From: Lingula anatina
Taxonomy: Eukaryota > Animalia > Brachiopoda
NCBI GenBank assembly: GCA_051362555.1
Contig: CM120640.1
Location: 24,476,225 to 24,540,224, forward strand
Direction: 5' to 3'
DNA length: 64,000 bases
Below the pieces are notes generated by a model. It searched no databases. It had not been told where the DNA came from and worked only from the letters and a program-made list of their open reading frames with translations. Shown in pieces: positions 50,119-64,000 of the stretch. Numbering within the stretch: the first letter of the stretch is position 1; each line of letters starts with the position of its first letter. A program made the position numbers and the translations under genes.

Positions 50119-53100
50119 GTGAGATCATTTCAACTATTTTTGAGCATTAACATAACATTAGGGAATCTCCTTTTTGAGCATATTGTTGAGCCTTTGCCTA
50201 CCAAATTATAACATGACCTTCTTATGTTGATGATTTCTGCAGTTTTCATGTGTTTGCACATAATGAAAATATATGCATATTATTTTAGATTAGTCTGATG
50301 CCTCACACAAGACTTGCCTCACACAAGAATTCTTGTCTTTACTATGGCGTTTCAAACTGTCACTCCATTTTCATGATAATTTACTCTACACATTGTCTTT
50401 TTACTGTTAATACAAGCCTCAAGTCCATTTACCTATACCATAGATTTTATATACTGCTCTACACAAAAATCAAACCTGCTTCTACACATACTGAGTAAAT
50501 ACATATATGTCAGAGATACATTAGGTTTTACAGAGGATGGCCAATGGAGCCTATCACTCTTAACTAGCTTTATTTTAAAACCATTTATACGTAGTTCAGA
50601 AATAGCTCTCATTTTCACAGTAGTGACTCCCATGCATATTAGTTCTAACATGCATGGCTATGGATTTGTCCAAATATTATTTCTCGGCTTCTTTCTATTT
50701 ATTTTGCTCGTCCACTTATTCACTAAATCATGAGATCTGTCTGCATCGGCTGAATATTAACTTGCATTTGGTTTGAATCAAATCGACCATGTCATGTCAG
50801 AGGTTCTTAGTTATTGGTAAGTTTCTTTGATGCAGCCAACCAGAGCGTCTGTTTCTGTGGGAGTAGATAAAAATAATTCGTGCGACACAGTGAGAGACCA
50901 CGCGAATATATTTTTTTCAAAATAATCAATATCAGACTGTCAAATCCTGAGTTTATGAGTTTAAACCACTGATATCATGGGAATGTTCACTTCGTGTTAA
51001 ACATTGGAGAAAAAGTCCAGGTTTTAGTTTTAGTTATGGTTCTTTAATTGATATTCATATTTTACTTATGATTGAAAGAGCCGTGATCTAAATGTCTATT
51101 AGATGCTTTAAGCAATGAAATTTGCAAAATCGTACATTTTGTTGAAAAACAGAGTTAGAACAGTGCGTAAATAAGAGTTTTCGTGAGTACTCCAGTCCAA
51201 TTTACCGTTTTCTCACTCCTCACATTTTCTCTGTGACGTTTTTGTGACCTTGTTTTCTGAATACTCCGCCTGTTACGGTCAACATGAACTAGAAACAAAT
51301 CAGCTAGTAGACCCCAAGTCCGACACAGAATGGCAAAAATCGCTGTCAAGACTTTCAAGCAAAAAAAAAATATATATATATCATGTACTAATTGGGATTT
51401 CACAGATAATTCTAATTTTGCACGGATTAAAATTGTCGAAGGGGTTCTTGATGAAGCACTTTACCCCCCCCCCCCCCCCCCGAAAGCATTGAAAGAATTA
51501 TACAACTTATATCATTTCATACATTTCTCCAGCCCTTGACACTTCACAAGTCTAGATGATTTATCTGAAAATTTGACGTTGAAATGTTTATTTCAAAGCA
51601 GGTTTAGAATGGGCATCACATTTAGATGTCAGTTTTCTATTTAAATTACTTCGATAATTAATTGATAATTAAGGTTTGCGAGTCAATTAATTTTCACTTA
51701 AGCGTTTGCAACTTGACTGTCAATCAAATTACTCACTAGCGTGTATCTTTTGCTATGATCACCAAAAACCTCAGGGGAATTTCACCTATAAAAACGCTTT
51801 TCTATTTATTGTTGCCTCAATTTCTAGGGGTTGCAAGACAAAGCAATACATGCAGCAACTAGACATTCACATGATGCCATATAATAGCTAAACAGCTTTT
51901 TAAAACGTCTTGCAAGTTATGTTAATTTTATGTTGCAATTTTTTTCAAGTTGGCATTTTCTGCTAAAAACATGTAGCTCTCACGTATTAGACCCCATTGC
52001 TATAGAAACGATCGGTCTACGTAGACCGCTCCAACTTTGCAGAGGCTCTCGGTAAGTGCAAACAATTTTAATTTTTTAAAAACTGAATGACACGCCTCCG
52101 CTTGTTTCCAATGTACTCTTATAACCACCAGCTTTTCTGAATTCTATTTCGTAACGCCAGCAGAAGGCGTGGTCATTCAGTTAAGCTGATTGCACTCAGC
52201 TAGAGTCCCCGCATAATGGGGTCGATCCACGGAGACCGATGGTGTGTGTGGGAATGTGGCCTTAAACTACACCCAGACCCCATGGATAGTGATTAACCTG
52301 TTCATAAGCGTCTTAGCAGGGTAAGTAATATACATGTGGAATCTATACATGTACTTGATTAATCTTGGAACTATCGCAGGGGATGTATGACAATTTGGGG
52401 TAAAACTGGTATTCGTTTATGGTGCCTCCTTGGTCTTTTTTTCGTGTAAGTTAAATTTAGTCATTATCTTACAACACAGGTAGTGATAATTTAGAAAGTT
52501 AAAACTAGTTCTTTTTTGAAATATACTTCTGGCAATGCAAGATTTTTTTACATAATTTTAATCTTAAAAGATTGCTTCAAGGCTTAAATGAGTTTCTTTG
52601 CTGTGCAGGTATTGCTACATGTATATCGATACACTGTCCATATGGAATTGCCAGGAATAATGGATCTGTAATTAACCAGAGCTTCAGGTTTTATTCTCAA
52701 GTCACGATTATAACCTTTCAAGGGACCAGCCAACTCGTATAGCTGCATTCGCTTTAATTGTTCTCCACTAATCCCACGCTTTCCATGCACGCTAGAAGAG
52801 AGGTGTGGGCTAGCCAATGCAATAGCTAGTTTTCATTTGTACAGCAAAGAACACGAGTTTGAGGTTTTGTGTATAGGCAATGTACTTTTTTCGTAAACAG
52901 TGCACATGTACAAAAGAAAGCATGTAATCTTCTCTCCTTAGCTGTTTGAAATAAAGACCACGTTAGTTTCTGCAATTTCCAATGTATTTGACAATGAAAA
53001 CATAACATTGCACCAGAACCGGGCCAATTTTCTTTAAGATACATTTCTTAGTGTACAACGGTTTTTGATGCAATGAATTGATGTATCCTAATATTAATAC

Positions 53101-55199
53101 GAATATAGTTACATAAAAATAACTTTTCGAATTTTGGTCTTTATATTTGTGTTTAAGCCATATTTCAAAATGATATTATTTTTGAGAAACTACACGAATG
53201 TCTAGGAAATCAATATAAGCCGTCACTGCCTGTATCAATTGCAAGACATAAATGTGCAAGTTACGGAAAAAATGTTAGATGAACCAAATGGCGTAATATG
53301 AAAACTATACATAATGTCAAAGCTTTTAGAAAGGAAATACTCGTTCTAGTCTGTGAAAAATCCTTGGGTTTTCTGCACAGCCCCATGGTTTCTATTGAGT
53401 AGTTATGTTACTCTCAGAATACTTAATAAATCGCAGTATTTAAATGCAGTGTAAGGCGGTTTAAATACAGTGTTTAAGTACTGTATTGATATACACCCAA
53501 GACGGCACTGACGTGTGTTTTTAAATGCACTTGACGCTTAAAACCAAAACGTTGTAAAAAAAAAAAAGGTCGTGTCCTTTATTTTAGGTATGGAATGAGG
53601 TCCATTTCTCCTATCAGCCAAGGAAAGATTGATCCGTCAATTTAAAATTGTGATGCGCTTTGGTCATTCTACAGCTTGTAGGACACTTTTTCGCCATTCT
53701 TGATTTTTGCTCCATAAAATTTGATGCCCCTATTAAGTCAGAGTCAGAATCTACTTGCTATCTATCTTTGGAACCTTTTTATTATATTTCATTTCATATA
53801 GTTTACCTCTTCGTAACTGCTAGAGAGGTAAATTATTTTGACTGAAGCAATTTTCCATGTGCAACCCCGTGACAAACAACAGAACCTATATTTTCTTTAT
53901 CCCTGATGTCTAATTTTTATACCAAGCTGTCCCTATAGAGTGAAAAGTGGCTAACGTGAGTTCATTTTAAAGTTATGTTACAACCTATGACTTAAATGAG
54001 CTCATTTTGAAAAATGGGACTGAGGGAAGGAAATCATTCATAGTATGGAATATAAATTGGACGTGAAAATGATTTGTATATTGTTGCCCAGCTGAAGGGT
54101 TGTTCTGAACGTATAAGTTATCAAAAGTTATAAGTTATTGGATCAGGTGGTTAGTAAAATGGTCAAATTTTAAATATAGTCAAATTTGAGGTATGTTCAG
54201 GAAAATAAACCAATTAAGTTTAATTATTAAAAGAACGTGAGTAAAGAATATGCCTTTTTTTGGTAAATTCCTTCCTCATTCTTTCACCATCCCATGTCAT
54301 CCTCAAAGTAATTGAATATTTCAAATACGGCCTGGCCAGTCTTCTTGTAGCATGGCTTCACATGCCAAGTGTGTGGCAGCAGGCAGACTTTCAGCGATGG
54401 AGGTCTTTCAAGGTCTATAACCTTTCATTTGGTGTTCAGAGGGTGATAGCCAGTCATTTTTGCGGAGGCTGTGGTTCCAGAAATGCCAACCGATTTAAAT
54501 ATACATTACCCAGGTTGTAATTCATTCTGACCACTCTCTGAAGCCCATGATTCCCCAAGCTGTCTAAATGTCATTTGATATGTTTTAATTTTTCGTTACC
54601 TACATTGTAGGAATTCATGTATTTGTAAAACATCTTCCTAGAAATACCGATGGGACTGGATGGGTAGAACATTTAGGATATCCAGGAGGATTCAAAAGCT
54701 CACTGAGTCTAAATATCCCTAGATTTAACACAATAACATATGGCAAAATATCCTTGTCATATCCAAAAATATGAAATGCTCTTTCAGACGAATTAAAGCA
54801 AAGCATCAATTGAAATGAGTTTAAATCACTTTAAGGCTTTGGAAAGGACCCGATTGCAAATGTAGCCTATGTAACCTATATGCATATAGTGAAACTGTGT
54901 AATAATACAACATGTTTACATTATTTTATGCATCTATATTAGTGAGTGTTGTATGTAGAAATGTTTGTTTTTCACAATTTATTAGGTGTAGCTTTTCGTT
55001 TATTTTTCATAGAAAGATTTTTCTTTTGCTATCTTAGTAGATTTCGTGTGTATTTGTATATTTTTAGTAGAAAGATTTTCCATTTACTATCTTACTAGAC
55101 TTCATGTGTAAATATTGCATTATTTGTAGAAATGTTTGTCCTTACCCAGTCACTGAATAGCTGCAAGGCTAATGTTTCCTTTCAATTTATACCCGAAAT

Positions 55200-55265
55200 G
55201 AAATAAAATAAAATAAAATAAAATAAAATATATTGTATTGTATTGTATTGGATTGGATTGGATTG
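55200..55265. repeat. Compound pentanucleotide microsatellite (AAAAT)n(ATTGT)n(GATTG)n
   Basis: Direct reading. Confidence 0.9.
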
Positions 55266-55683
55266 ACGATCCTAGCTAACCTAAAACCTAAAACGTGCTA
55301 AAATGGTATAAAGTGTGTTACTGGTGTGTCATCAGAGAATCATTAATATGTTAGTTCGATTGTTAATTTGAATTATTAAGTCATTGGCAAACCCCCTGTT
55401 TATATTTTAAGGGTTACTTGAAGAGATCGGTATTCAATAAATTTATTAATTTAAATGTACGCTTGGAGAAAGATTTACTTAATGCTTCCAGAATTGTGTT
55501 AGAGGTGCCCTACAATGCAATTAAACTCGTTGACGCTACGAGCTCGAAGATGCCGGTGGCAGCAAATAACGCGTAAAGCTGATTGAGCACCATAAATTGT
55601 GCCACGCCGTTAAAAGAATCTTACATAATCTACATTGTTTTTGTCATCATATTTCTACTCACGTTGTCCTTGGCCTACATTTG

Positions 55684-55687
<4 letters not shown>

Positions 55688-55736
<49 letters not shown>
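55688..55736. repeat. (TA)n microsatellite
   Basis: Direct reading. Confidence 0.95.
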
Positions 55737-55740
<4 letters not shown>

Positions 55741-56374
55741 ACATTGCCAAGGTAACCAGCATCAGGTGTACATGTATTTCTTACTTCATGCATTAGTACA
55801 TTAATTGGGGGGAGGGAGGACATTGGGCACGCAACCAATCCCTTGAGATGTACCCTTTCTAACACACCCCTATACTCACCACTTATCTTCCAGAGTTCAG
55901 GTATCACCAGTCTTGAGTTGCAGGGTCTTTTTTTTAGATTTTGACGTAAACTTCATGTGACTGCTCATTGTGTTATAAAAAAACTAGTATTCGGTTATCA
56001 TTGCTTAGTTGCTTTTTAAAACGCAGCAATAAAATGAGACAGAATAAAAAAATCAAGACCAAAACAAACTCATCGATTGATATAAAATGGAAAGATAAAA
56101 ACGCTATTTAACGATAAAAGTTCATGATTTGAAAACTAAGCTCACAGGGTGTCGTGTGGTAAGGACGCTATCTCATCATTAGAGATGTCAGTTCCTTTGG
56201 GATGGTTCGCATTTAGGAAAAATAAAGAAATACACGATTCTTATTAGTCAAAAAAACTAATTGGAGTTGCTCTATTAGGTGAGCAAGTCCACTACCGCGT
56301 CTTAGTTATGTGTAGGGTAAACATAATTCGCAATCGGGTTCAGCAGCATGCTTAACATACATTCAATGTCAACC

Positions 56375-56378
<4 letters not shown>

Positions 56379-56410
<32 letters not shown>

Positions 56411-56550
56411 GGAATCATGAAGGTGGTGCTCATTGAGCTTCACCATTCTTTTCGGTTGTAACCGATGCCTTGGTCTGGAAAAAGCTCATGTCTGTCCACT
56501 CTTTGATGTTGTCTTCCCATACTTTCCTCTGCCTGCCTCTTCGCCTCTTT
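56379..56550 (-). mobile_element. 3' end of an RTE-like LINE with a (GA)n tail
   Basis: The minus strand translates to KRRRGRQRKVWEDNIKEWTDMSF, a typical RTE ORF C-terminus, followed by a short 3' region and a microsatellite tail. Confidence 0.8.
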
Positions 56551-57303
56551 ACAGACTAAGAATATTGATTTTCTTACAACATTATTAACGCATATAACAG
56601 GGATTCAGGATCGGAATTCCAGAAATGCATCAATCATATTGATAGACAGAAGCCGTCCCAAGGCACTTAACCAACGTGATACATTAAAAAATGACATTGG
56701 CAGAAAACTAGACATTTTCCTTCGAGATGTCTTTTTTGTCTTTGTGTCCTGCAAGGTCTTTTTAATGGTTTTATTTTGCCAATGCCGCGCGCATTGTATG
56801 GGGATGTAGAAGGGGGGAAAGTACGTTTTGTCTAGCTCTTCTTGAAAATAGTGTTTTATTATTATGCATTAAATGCATGGGGGTGTTGGCGTGAAATACA
56901 CCATGGAATCTAAATCTTCTTTTTGACAATTGTTAAATTTACACATTCAAAACTCTGTACCTTAATTTGTTTTGATGAATATTTTCTTGACATTATTTTA
57001 TTCCATTCTGTTATTTGTTTTGTTTGGCAAACGAATTTCATCACAGTCTCTCGCCTTTAAGAACCGCCCTTGGCGATCTTCAATCTCCATGTATTGTTTA
57101 TAACAGTATGAAGTGAAAAAAAGTCTGTTAACATATTACAACTAAGTCATATTATACTGATTTAAAGCAAAACTAGATTAATATCGTATAAAAATTGATT
57201 AATAAAAGTAGTCCCTATGCCTCTAAAGCATTTCGAAATTGTTTGACAGTAGATGTTCAAAGGCAACGGCAATAGAAAAATAATCATATAGATTTCTTTC
57301 CAG

Positions 57304-57479
57304 ATGAGCGTGCGAGTTCTCTCACCCGGACAGAGACCAGGGGAATGTGTAATGAACAGCACCTACAATAACCCAAGCACCATCTCTAACGACAGTAGTC
57401 CCCCGCCGTCTCCAGTCTCCACGGAGAGGGGTTCCAAGTCCTGCTGTTTTTGCTGGTGTTGCTGTTGCAGCTGTTCGTG
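57304..57479 (+). CDS. Cysteine-string exon of an RZ-subfamily regulator of G-protein signalling (RGS17/19/20-like); RGS-box exons not seen in this window
   Basis: tttctttccag|ATG...TG|gtgagt encodes MSVRVLSPGQRPGECVMNSTYNNPSTISNDSSPPPSPVSTERGSKSCCFCWCCCCSCSW. CC(F/L)CWCCCCSCS is the RZ-family signature. It is too short to appear in the ORF track. Confidence 0.9.
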
Positions 57480-57924
57480 GTGAGTACAACGGTGCTGAAG
57501 TTTTGTCAAATTGTATATGTGTTGTAAATACTAAATACTGCTCATTTATACGGCAAAACCCTGTCTGATTTCGAATCTTTTATTTGTTGAAAATTGGCCT
57601 TCGGTCTACCTTAAACACTGTTGTAGAGGAGATTCACAAGCAAATTTGGAAATCAAGCAGTAACCCTAGACCACTTATGATAGCAAACCCTGAAAGAGAA
57701 CTAGAGATGAAAAAGGATGTACTATATGGCTTCTTCTCTGCAGCATTTAAAGAGGAAACCTCTCTAGAAACGGAAACTTCTCTTTTTACTCTCGTTCACG
57801 TGTATATTTTTGACCGAACAAAGGCCTGGTGTAACAAAATATATGCATCAGGTGTTTTGTCATTTGTTTGTCCAGGTAAAATTTCAAAGGTATTAAGACA
57901 ACTAAAATAATTGAACACCTGATG

Positions 57925-58158
57925 CAGGGATCAAGGTTTATTTGAAGGGGGTCCGCGGATGCGAAGCCGACATTCCCCTCCCCCCTTATCTCCCAATTTT
58001 TCGGTATTTTAGAGGGCGTACGGTGCCATTTGTTACAGTTTAGAACTATGATTCAGCTAGTCAAAATTCTAAATTCAAGAGGGGAACATTGGGTTTTCAG
58101 AAATCGAAAGGGGGGGGGGGGGTAGGACCCCCCTGACAGCCCCCTAAATCCGCCCCTG
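57925..58158. mobile_element. Probable degenerate MITE with a CAGGGGCGGAT-type right end
   Basis: Right end CCCCCTAAATCCGCCCCTG with internal G/C runs; the left end is degenerate and no target-site duplication is seen. Confidence 0.45.
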
Positions 58159-60955
58159 TGGTAGTTTGTTGATGATTTTTTATATAAAAAGGAAATAGAG
58201 AACGCATTCACTCTGTCAGTATTTGGACAAACATACAGCGTGATATGAAAGATATTTAGAAACTTGGGGAAATGACGCTTTAGTTAATAAATTGACAAGA
58301 CAGATAAAAAGCTGATTTATGAATTTGGAATAATTGTGAATAGTCTACGTTTTTGATCAAATTAAAATTGGGGACACTATGTTTTTTTTTTTTTTATTTT
58401 CAACAAAAATTCACATCAACATTGATAAACATGTAAAGGAATAACAATCAAACATTTAACACTGTATTAATGCAACAGAGAAGTAAATACACATCTCACC
58501 TAAAGCACGAAACATAATTGAATGAGTATACTGTTTTAAAGATATCCCGACTGACGTTCGATGATTGAGTACATATACCATCGTCGTGATTATTACGTTT
58601 AATGGATGTGTGCTGTCAATCGTTTTGTATTTAATGTGATGGAAAGCAAGAACCGTTGTAGGCAGATTCGTAACGACAGTTTCTTTGGATGTGACTATAA
58701 AATGGCAGCACTATTTTGGGTGTCCGTTCTGTTGGGAAGATGTGGCGAGAAGCAACCATTGTAGTCAAATGGCAACAATACAAAGATGTAATCTTGAATT
58801 AGACTGTTCTTCTTGTGGCCTATTTTGAGAGAAATGAAAATATATGGAAATTTAATTAAAACCTCAAAACTATGTAGTTAGGTGCTATTCATTTTGACAG
58901 GTATTCACTTTTGCGCACCCGTTTCTAGCGCAGTCATTAAGAGCACGCTTAGCCGTGATGGGTTTGTGTCATCTTATATTTTATAACTGTCGAAAAACAT
59001 TCAACAGCCACGACGGTATTATTGTGGTCAAAATGTAGGCTATACACCACTATGTTAAGCCGCCTTTCACCAGTGTCGTACAATTTAAAAAGTAAAACGT
59101 CTTTTTCCCCAAATTCTATCATATCCCAGGTCACGCTGTATTGCTTAGTTGTCCTTGCTGAGCGGAAATACCAAATACCGGCCTATTAAGCGCGTCCGTA
59201 ATCTTTTTTTAAGAAACGCCGATTTATGAGGATACCCACACATCACTTATTATTTGGTTATGGGGTGGTAGGATGGTCTTTATTGATTTCTTTTATTAAA
59301 TAAAATAAAGAAGGTGTTTGTCGTGGTGATGAAAAATTGGAGTAAAAATTAAACAATGCACCAATTCAAAAAACAGTTTCCGAATTTAACGTGTGAGTTT
59401 GTGTGTCAGATTCCATATAGCCGGTTTATTATTTATTTTTCACCACAACACCTTTTCCAAATGTATTTGTATATATATTTTTATCATGTAAAGGGTTGAG
59501 GGGTATTTCTTCCGTAATTGGCGATATTTCCATTTATAAATATTTTGGTTTGCCATTTCGTGTGTTGGCCAAGTGCATGGCTGTGCAGATACTCTTTTGC
59601 TATATCCACACGCCGCAGCAAACATGAGAGAACTTATCTAGCCCCATGCCTGGGTTTGAACTGCAGCAGTTCGAATGTGCTTCCTCTGTTGCCTTTGTCA
59701 TTGATAGGGTAGCGTCGGGAATGCTCTTTTACTTGATACCATGAATGATAAGTGAAACATCCGTTTCCCTAGTCTGGTTTGCACTTCTTGCAGCCTTCGT
59801 AAGAGTCGATGTGAATACCACAAGTAAAGCAAGCGGGCAACCTGGGTATACTTAAGCTTACAAATTTACCATCTTTCCACAGTAAAATACGTTACAACAC
59901 ACAATATAATGATATGAGCCCTCATCTAATGTATTACCCGCATGGACTGTTTGTGGGAGTGTATAATATACCGGCGCTTCCTCATACGATCACCTGAACT
60001 CTGTTGCTGCCCTCGATTTCTAACCGTCAGATAACAGCGTAGGCTTCGAAAGTACTTCCGATATTAAAATAGAACCTGTTTTGTGTTCTGCTTTACTGCT
60101 GTCTCAGCAGTACCGATCTAAGCTCCGGAAGGACTAAGTGCAAGACACTTGTTAGAAAAACGTAATGTAATTAATCGAAGGGATCCAAACGTCAGACAGG
60201 GTCTTTCACTTGCCAGTTTCAGAGAAGAGAGAAAAAGACGAATTTATCTTATTCATTTTCATGACTTCCTTGATCCAGAGTTTAAATTGAATCGACTTAT
60301 ATTGGAGATCCATATTCCTTGTATTCATTGCAAAGCTAATGTGAATATCGACCGACAACTCGCACAGTTAAGTCTGAATCGATTCAGTGCATAGCTTTTC
60401 TGAGAAATTTATCAGAGCAGTTTGGCGAAGCGCTGCCGCAGTACGCGGGCTTATGTAGAGGGAATAGCGTATCTAACCATTTGTTTCAAACCGAAGGTGT
60501 TGGGTGAATATTGGAAGAAATAACCTACCTAGCTTTGGAAGCGAAGGACAAGGGTTGATTATTTTACCTAGACTTATACGTCAATGCGTCATGGCGACCT
60601 GTCGCAGCAGCAAATCACTTGCAAATGTATGCTCCATCTAAAAAAAGAGCGACCTGGAACGTCACACGCCATCTTACGTTGGTGTTTCCGAGGATTGACT
60701 GGAATTCAATACTGAACTACCTGCGTGACAATAACTAAACTCCTTTATTCATCATGGTAAAGGATATAGTCGTCGGTTTTTCTAAAAGACGAATGTAGAA
60801 CAACCTATGACAGTACATTTCCCATATAGATCGGATACATAAGCTTGTGTGTGTGTATATGTGTATATGTATATATAAACTACAGATAAAAACCAGTTTT
60901 TTCTGATTCTTCAAAGCCAAACAACGAGAGAAAAAACACAGGATATGTTGTCTTA

Positions 60956-61038
60956 ATGAAGGCACTCTGCATCGTTCGAAAGAGATTTTCAATACGGCAG
61001 GACATGCTGAAACAAAAAGTTTTGTCCATCTTCAATAG
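60956..61038 (+). CDS. Candidate internal alternative first exon of the RGS gene
   Basis: ATG...AG|GTAAGT encodes MKALCIVRKRFSIRQDMLKQKVLSIFN and ends in phase 2, like the cysteine-string exon. Confidence 0.35.
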
Positions 61039-61398
61039 GTAAGTGATATTTATTAAAACAAAATGGCGTTGGTCCATTTGCTTCGCAGATTCTCAGAATT
61101 GGCAGGTGATGCATATATACATGAAGATATAGATCTCGCATTATACGAACTGAATTGAATGGCTGGTTTAAGCAGGTTGTAATTTGGCCAGTTCCACGAA
61201 TTTGTTCCCTTAGCAATTATATTGATTGGTATTGGTATCTGGCGATCTGTATTAATTATGTTGATAAAGCTCATTGTTCACATAACATGCAACGTGAGAC
61301 GTCCTTGTGGCCGCCCAGATAGAACTTACTTGTCATTGTGATTTTGGCATACTTGAGTGTATAGGGTGTCTATTCTGACGAGATTATGTGATAATGAT

Positions 61399-61400
<2 letters not shown>

Positions 61401-61459
<59 letters not shown>
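61401..61459. repeat. (TA)n microsatellite
   Basis: Direct reading. Confidence 0.95.
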
Positions 61460-61462
<3 letters not shown>

Positions 61463-62923
61463 GATACACACTCTTTAGTGCTTATTTTGAACATTTTAAG
61501 AGTTCAAGGCATTAATAAAGTCAATGGCACTTTTGATTGTGCATGTTCAACCTTGCCTAATATGCACAGAGAATAGATCCATATATGTTTGGTTAAAACG
61601 AACCCCAAATTTCAACATGAAAGCAAAAAAAAAAAAATCATGCGACCAAATGTGGCCATCATTTTATTGCACTATAGAGGTGTTTGGAAATAAAACGTAC
61701 ATATACGCCAAGTGGCTGCATCATTAATCTTCCTTAATTGCCATCCATAACACATTTTTCCATTACATACAAAAGACCTGTATCCTGTTACCTGTGGTAG
61801 AAAAACCTTTTTTGCTTCAAAACAGCGATTTTTTTTTCTTTTTTGCTGCTCGAATCAGGGACAGTACTTAACTGGAACCACATTTAGATTATCAAGGGAA
61901 AGGCAATGTCTAAAACGTATGAAAAAATACTTCAGGGCCCGGTGTTAGTTCCATTCACTCTACATTTCGTCAGTCATGTAGCTATATATTACACCTGCAT
62001 CCATTTGATGAGGTCTAATTGGAAATACTATACAACGAAAGGGGGTTTTCATACGCAGCAGTAATATGTTATTAGTATAGTTATATCACGTCACATGCGG
62101 TATTTTGCCCTTTTACCCACTACATGAGAATATATTACTGTCAACATGAGTCGAGCACTCTCCATAAACCACATACAATGTGGCGAGGTACTTTGGTAAA
62201 TGAAACGCATCAATTAATTCTATAATCTATATTCTGTACAAGTCAAAAGTTAAAGACGGAAAATTCCGAAATACCATTAGTCTTCTCTTCTAGTGAGATT
62301 TGATTTGTGATCAACAGATTTGAAATAATTGAATACTCTGTATCAAGAAGTCATCTGGTTATATAAAACCTTTTCAGAATAACATAAACACATGTGAGGA
62401 CACAGTTGTATGAAAGCAGGATTCCAGTAGGGTTTAATATTGTCGAGTGGCGCGTAGGCTGTATAAGTGTGGAGCAAGTTTTATTAGGTATTGTTATATT
62501 TTTATATTAGTATGAACCCGTGGTGTTGCGTGATGTAGCTTATTACTTAGCGTGGGCCGGTAATCATTTCTCGTGACGTTGTTATGAAATTAAATTAGTA
62601 CTGGGGTGGGCTGTATGATCTTCGTAATCACGGTTTGTGGTCAACATACCAATCCGTGGTCAATGCTAGCCAATAGAACCTTGGTGTATTCTAAGCCACG
62701 TATCATGGCAGTGCGCGTTGTATAAACTATACTTGTGTCTGACGCCATAAAGTCATAGTGATTTTGTGTATTGAAAACCCTCGGTGGTGTTTGGTTAGAA
62801 AGGATTATAACAATCTTGATGTTGCGTTTGGTGCAACTGTGGTTTTGTTTGGTGGAAAAAAAACATATCGATGGTGTGCTTTACAGCCCTTAGTGTTGTT
62901 GTTTCGTATGTTATAGTTCATAG

Positions 62924-63015
62924 TGGTGTTGCTTCGCATTGTGTCCTTCCCACACTGGTGTTGCTTCGCATTGTGCCCTTCCCACACTGGTGTTGCTTCG
63001 CATTGTGCCCTTCAC
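62924..63015. repeat. 32-bp minisatellite, ~3 near-perfect copies inside a wider degenerate tract
   Basis: TGGTGTTGCTTCGCATTGTG(T/C)CCTTCCCACAC repeated. Confidence 0.9.
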
Positions 63016-64000
63016 AGCCCAAAGTAGGGTTTTGCCTTTTACAGCTCATAGGGGGGCTGTTTGCTACTGTGTTTCACAATCCTTTATGGTGTCGTTTCAA
63101 ATCCCGAAGTGGTTTTATTACACAGCACATTCTGACGCTTTGTCTCCCAATAGAGTTGTGTTTCACATTCCACAGTGGTGCTGCAGCTGTATTGAGTGTC
63201 AAAATCTTATAGTCGGTTTGGTGTGTCGCACGGCCTACGGTGATTTCTTGTTTTTTACGGCCTTAACAAGCCCCTGTGGGGTAGTAGTGTAGATGACAGT
63301 GCTTTTAAGTTCAGTCTATGTAACAGAATTGTGCTGTTTTAAGAACAGGTCGGCCTTTTGACGCCGATGGTATGGTGCTCTATTGTGTTCAAAGCAAAGA
63401 TACAGTCTGTGGTCTATAGACCAATTTAATGATGTGAGGCGTCAAGACCGTAGTGATAACAAAAACACTGACACAAACTAGAAACTCGAATTGCTAAAAA
63501 CAACTTTTATTGATCGAAGGCTGTCAATGAAAACAACAATCACGGATATGAATTGGTTATTTCAGTGCTGGTGTTGAATGAATCGCGATGAATTAACATC
63601 ACCATGGAGAAATGTGTGGCTTTAAGTGTTACATTGGCAAGAGTTCCCCAGTTAGGATCAGACCTAGAGTTCAGTGCTGTAGGAGTCAAGAGATTTACAA
63701 CAGGTGCGCATCGTTCACCATTAGGTTCATAATCAATCAGAAGAAACGATCAGCTATATATATTTTGTCCATTGAGGTAGCACACCACTTGCAATATATA
63801 CAGCTTTGTAGTACAACAATGCTCTATCCTGCTCAAAGACAATAATTGCATAAACGTGTAATTTGGTTACAGCAAAATGAGAATCGCATCTTTGCCTGCC
63901 AAATGAACATCGCACCCAAGTCGTGTTGCAAGTTTGAACGTAGCCGTCTCTATCGAAAAAAAAAAGAAGAAATATCGAAAGGCAGTTTAATTTCATGTGC

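Noticed and set aside
39970-61576. ORFs with YIYI, CVCV or THTH runs
   Set aside because: They are translations of microsatellites.
42044-63996. Remaining short ORF-track entries
   Set aside because: Low-complexity AT-rich frames with no motifs; many start at non-ATG codons.

Overview
Eukaryotic, intron-containing, AT-rich DNA with an invertebrate-animal look (inference). (1) Positions 1-~27,150 are a ~141-142 bp satellite of about 190 monomers with higher-order repeats. On the minus strand each monomer reads as a complete exon/intron unit: branch point, pyrimidine tract, AG, 62-nt exon, GTGAGT donor. (2) Positions ~27.2-30.8 kb hold a ~670-bp long inverted repeat and degenerate repeats. (3) Positions 32.4-41.7 kb hold a head-to-head gene pair. 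One is a single-coding-exon DUF6314-like gene (-). The other is an 11-exon gene (+) whose splice phases all match, predicting one ~1059-aa protein with the order: kynurenine-3-monooxygenase-like flavoprotein, lipoyl/biotinyl carrier domain, BirA-type biotin ligase, then a BPL_N (glutamine amidotransferase-like) domain at the C-terminus. This fusion is the main finding. (4) Positions 42-64 kb are mostly non-coding, with MITEs, two RTE-like LINE relics, microsatellites and the 5' exons of an RZ-family RGS gene (RGS17/19/20-like cysteine string) that runs off the window. All gene models and family calls were made by eye, without database searches or transcript data.
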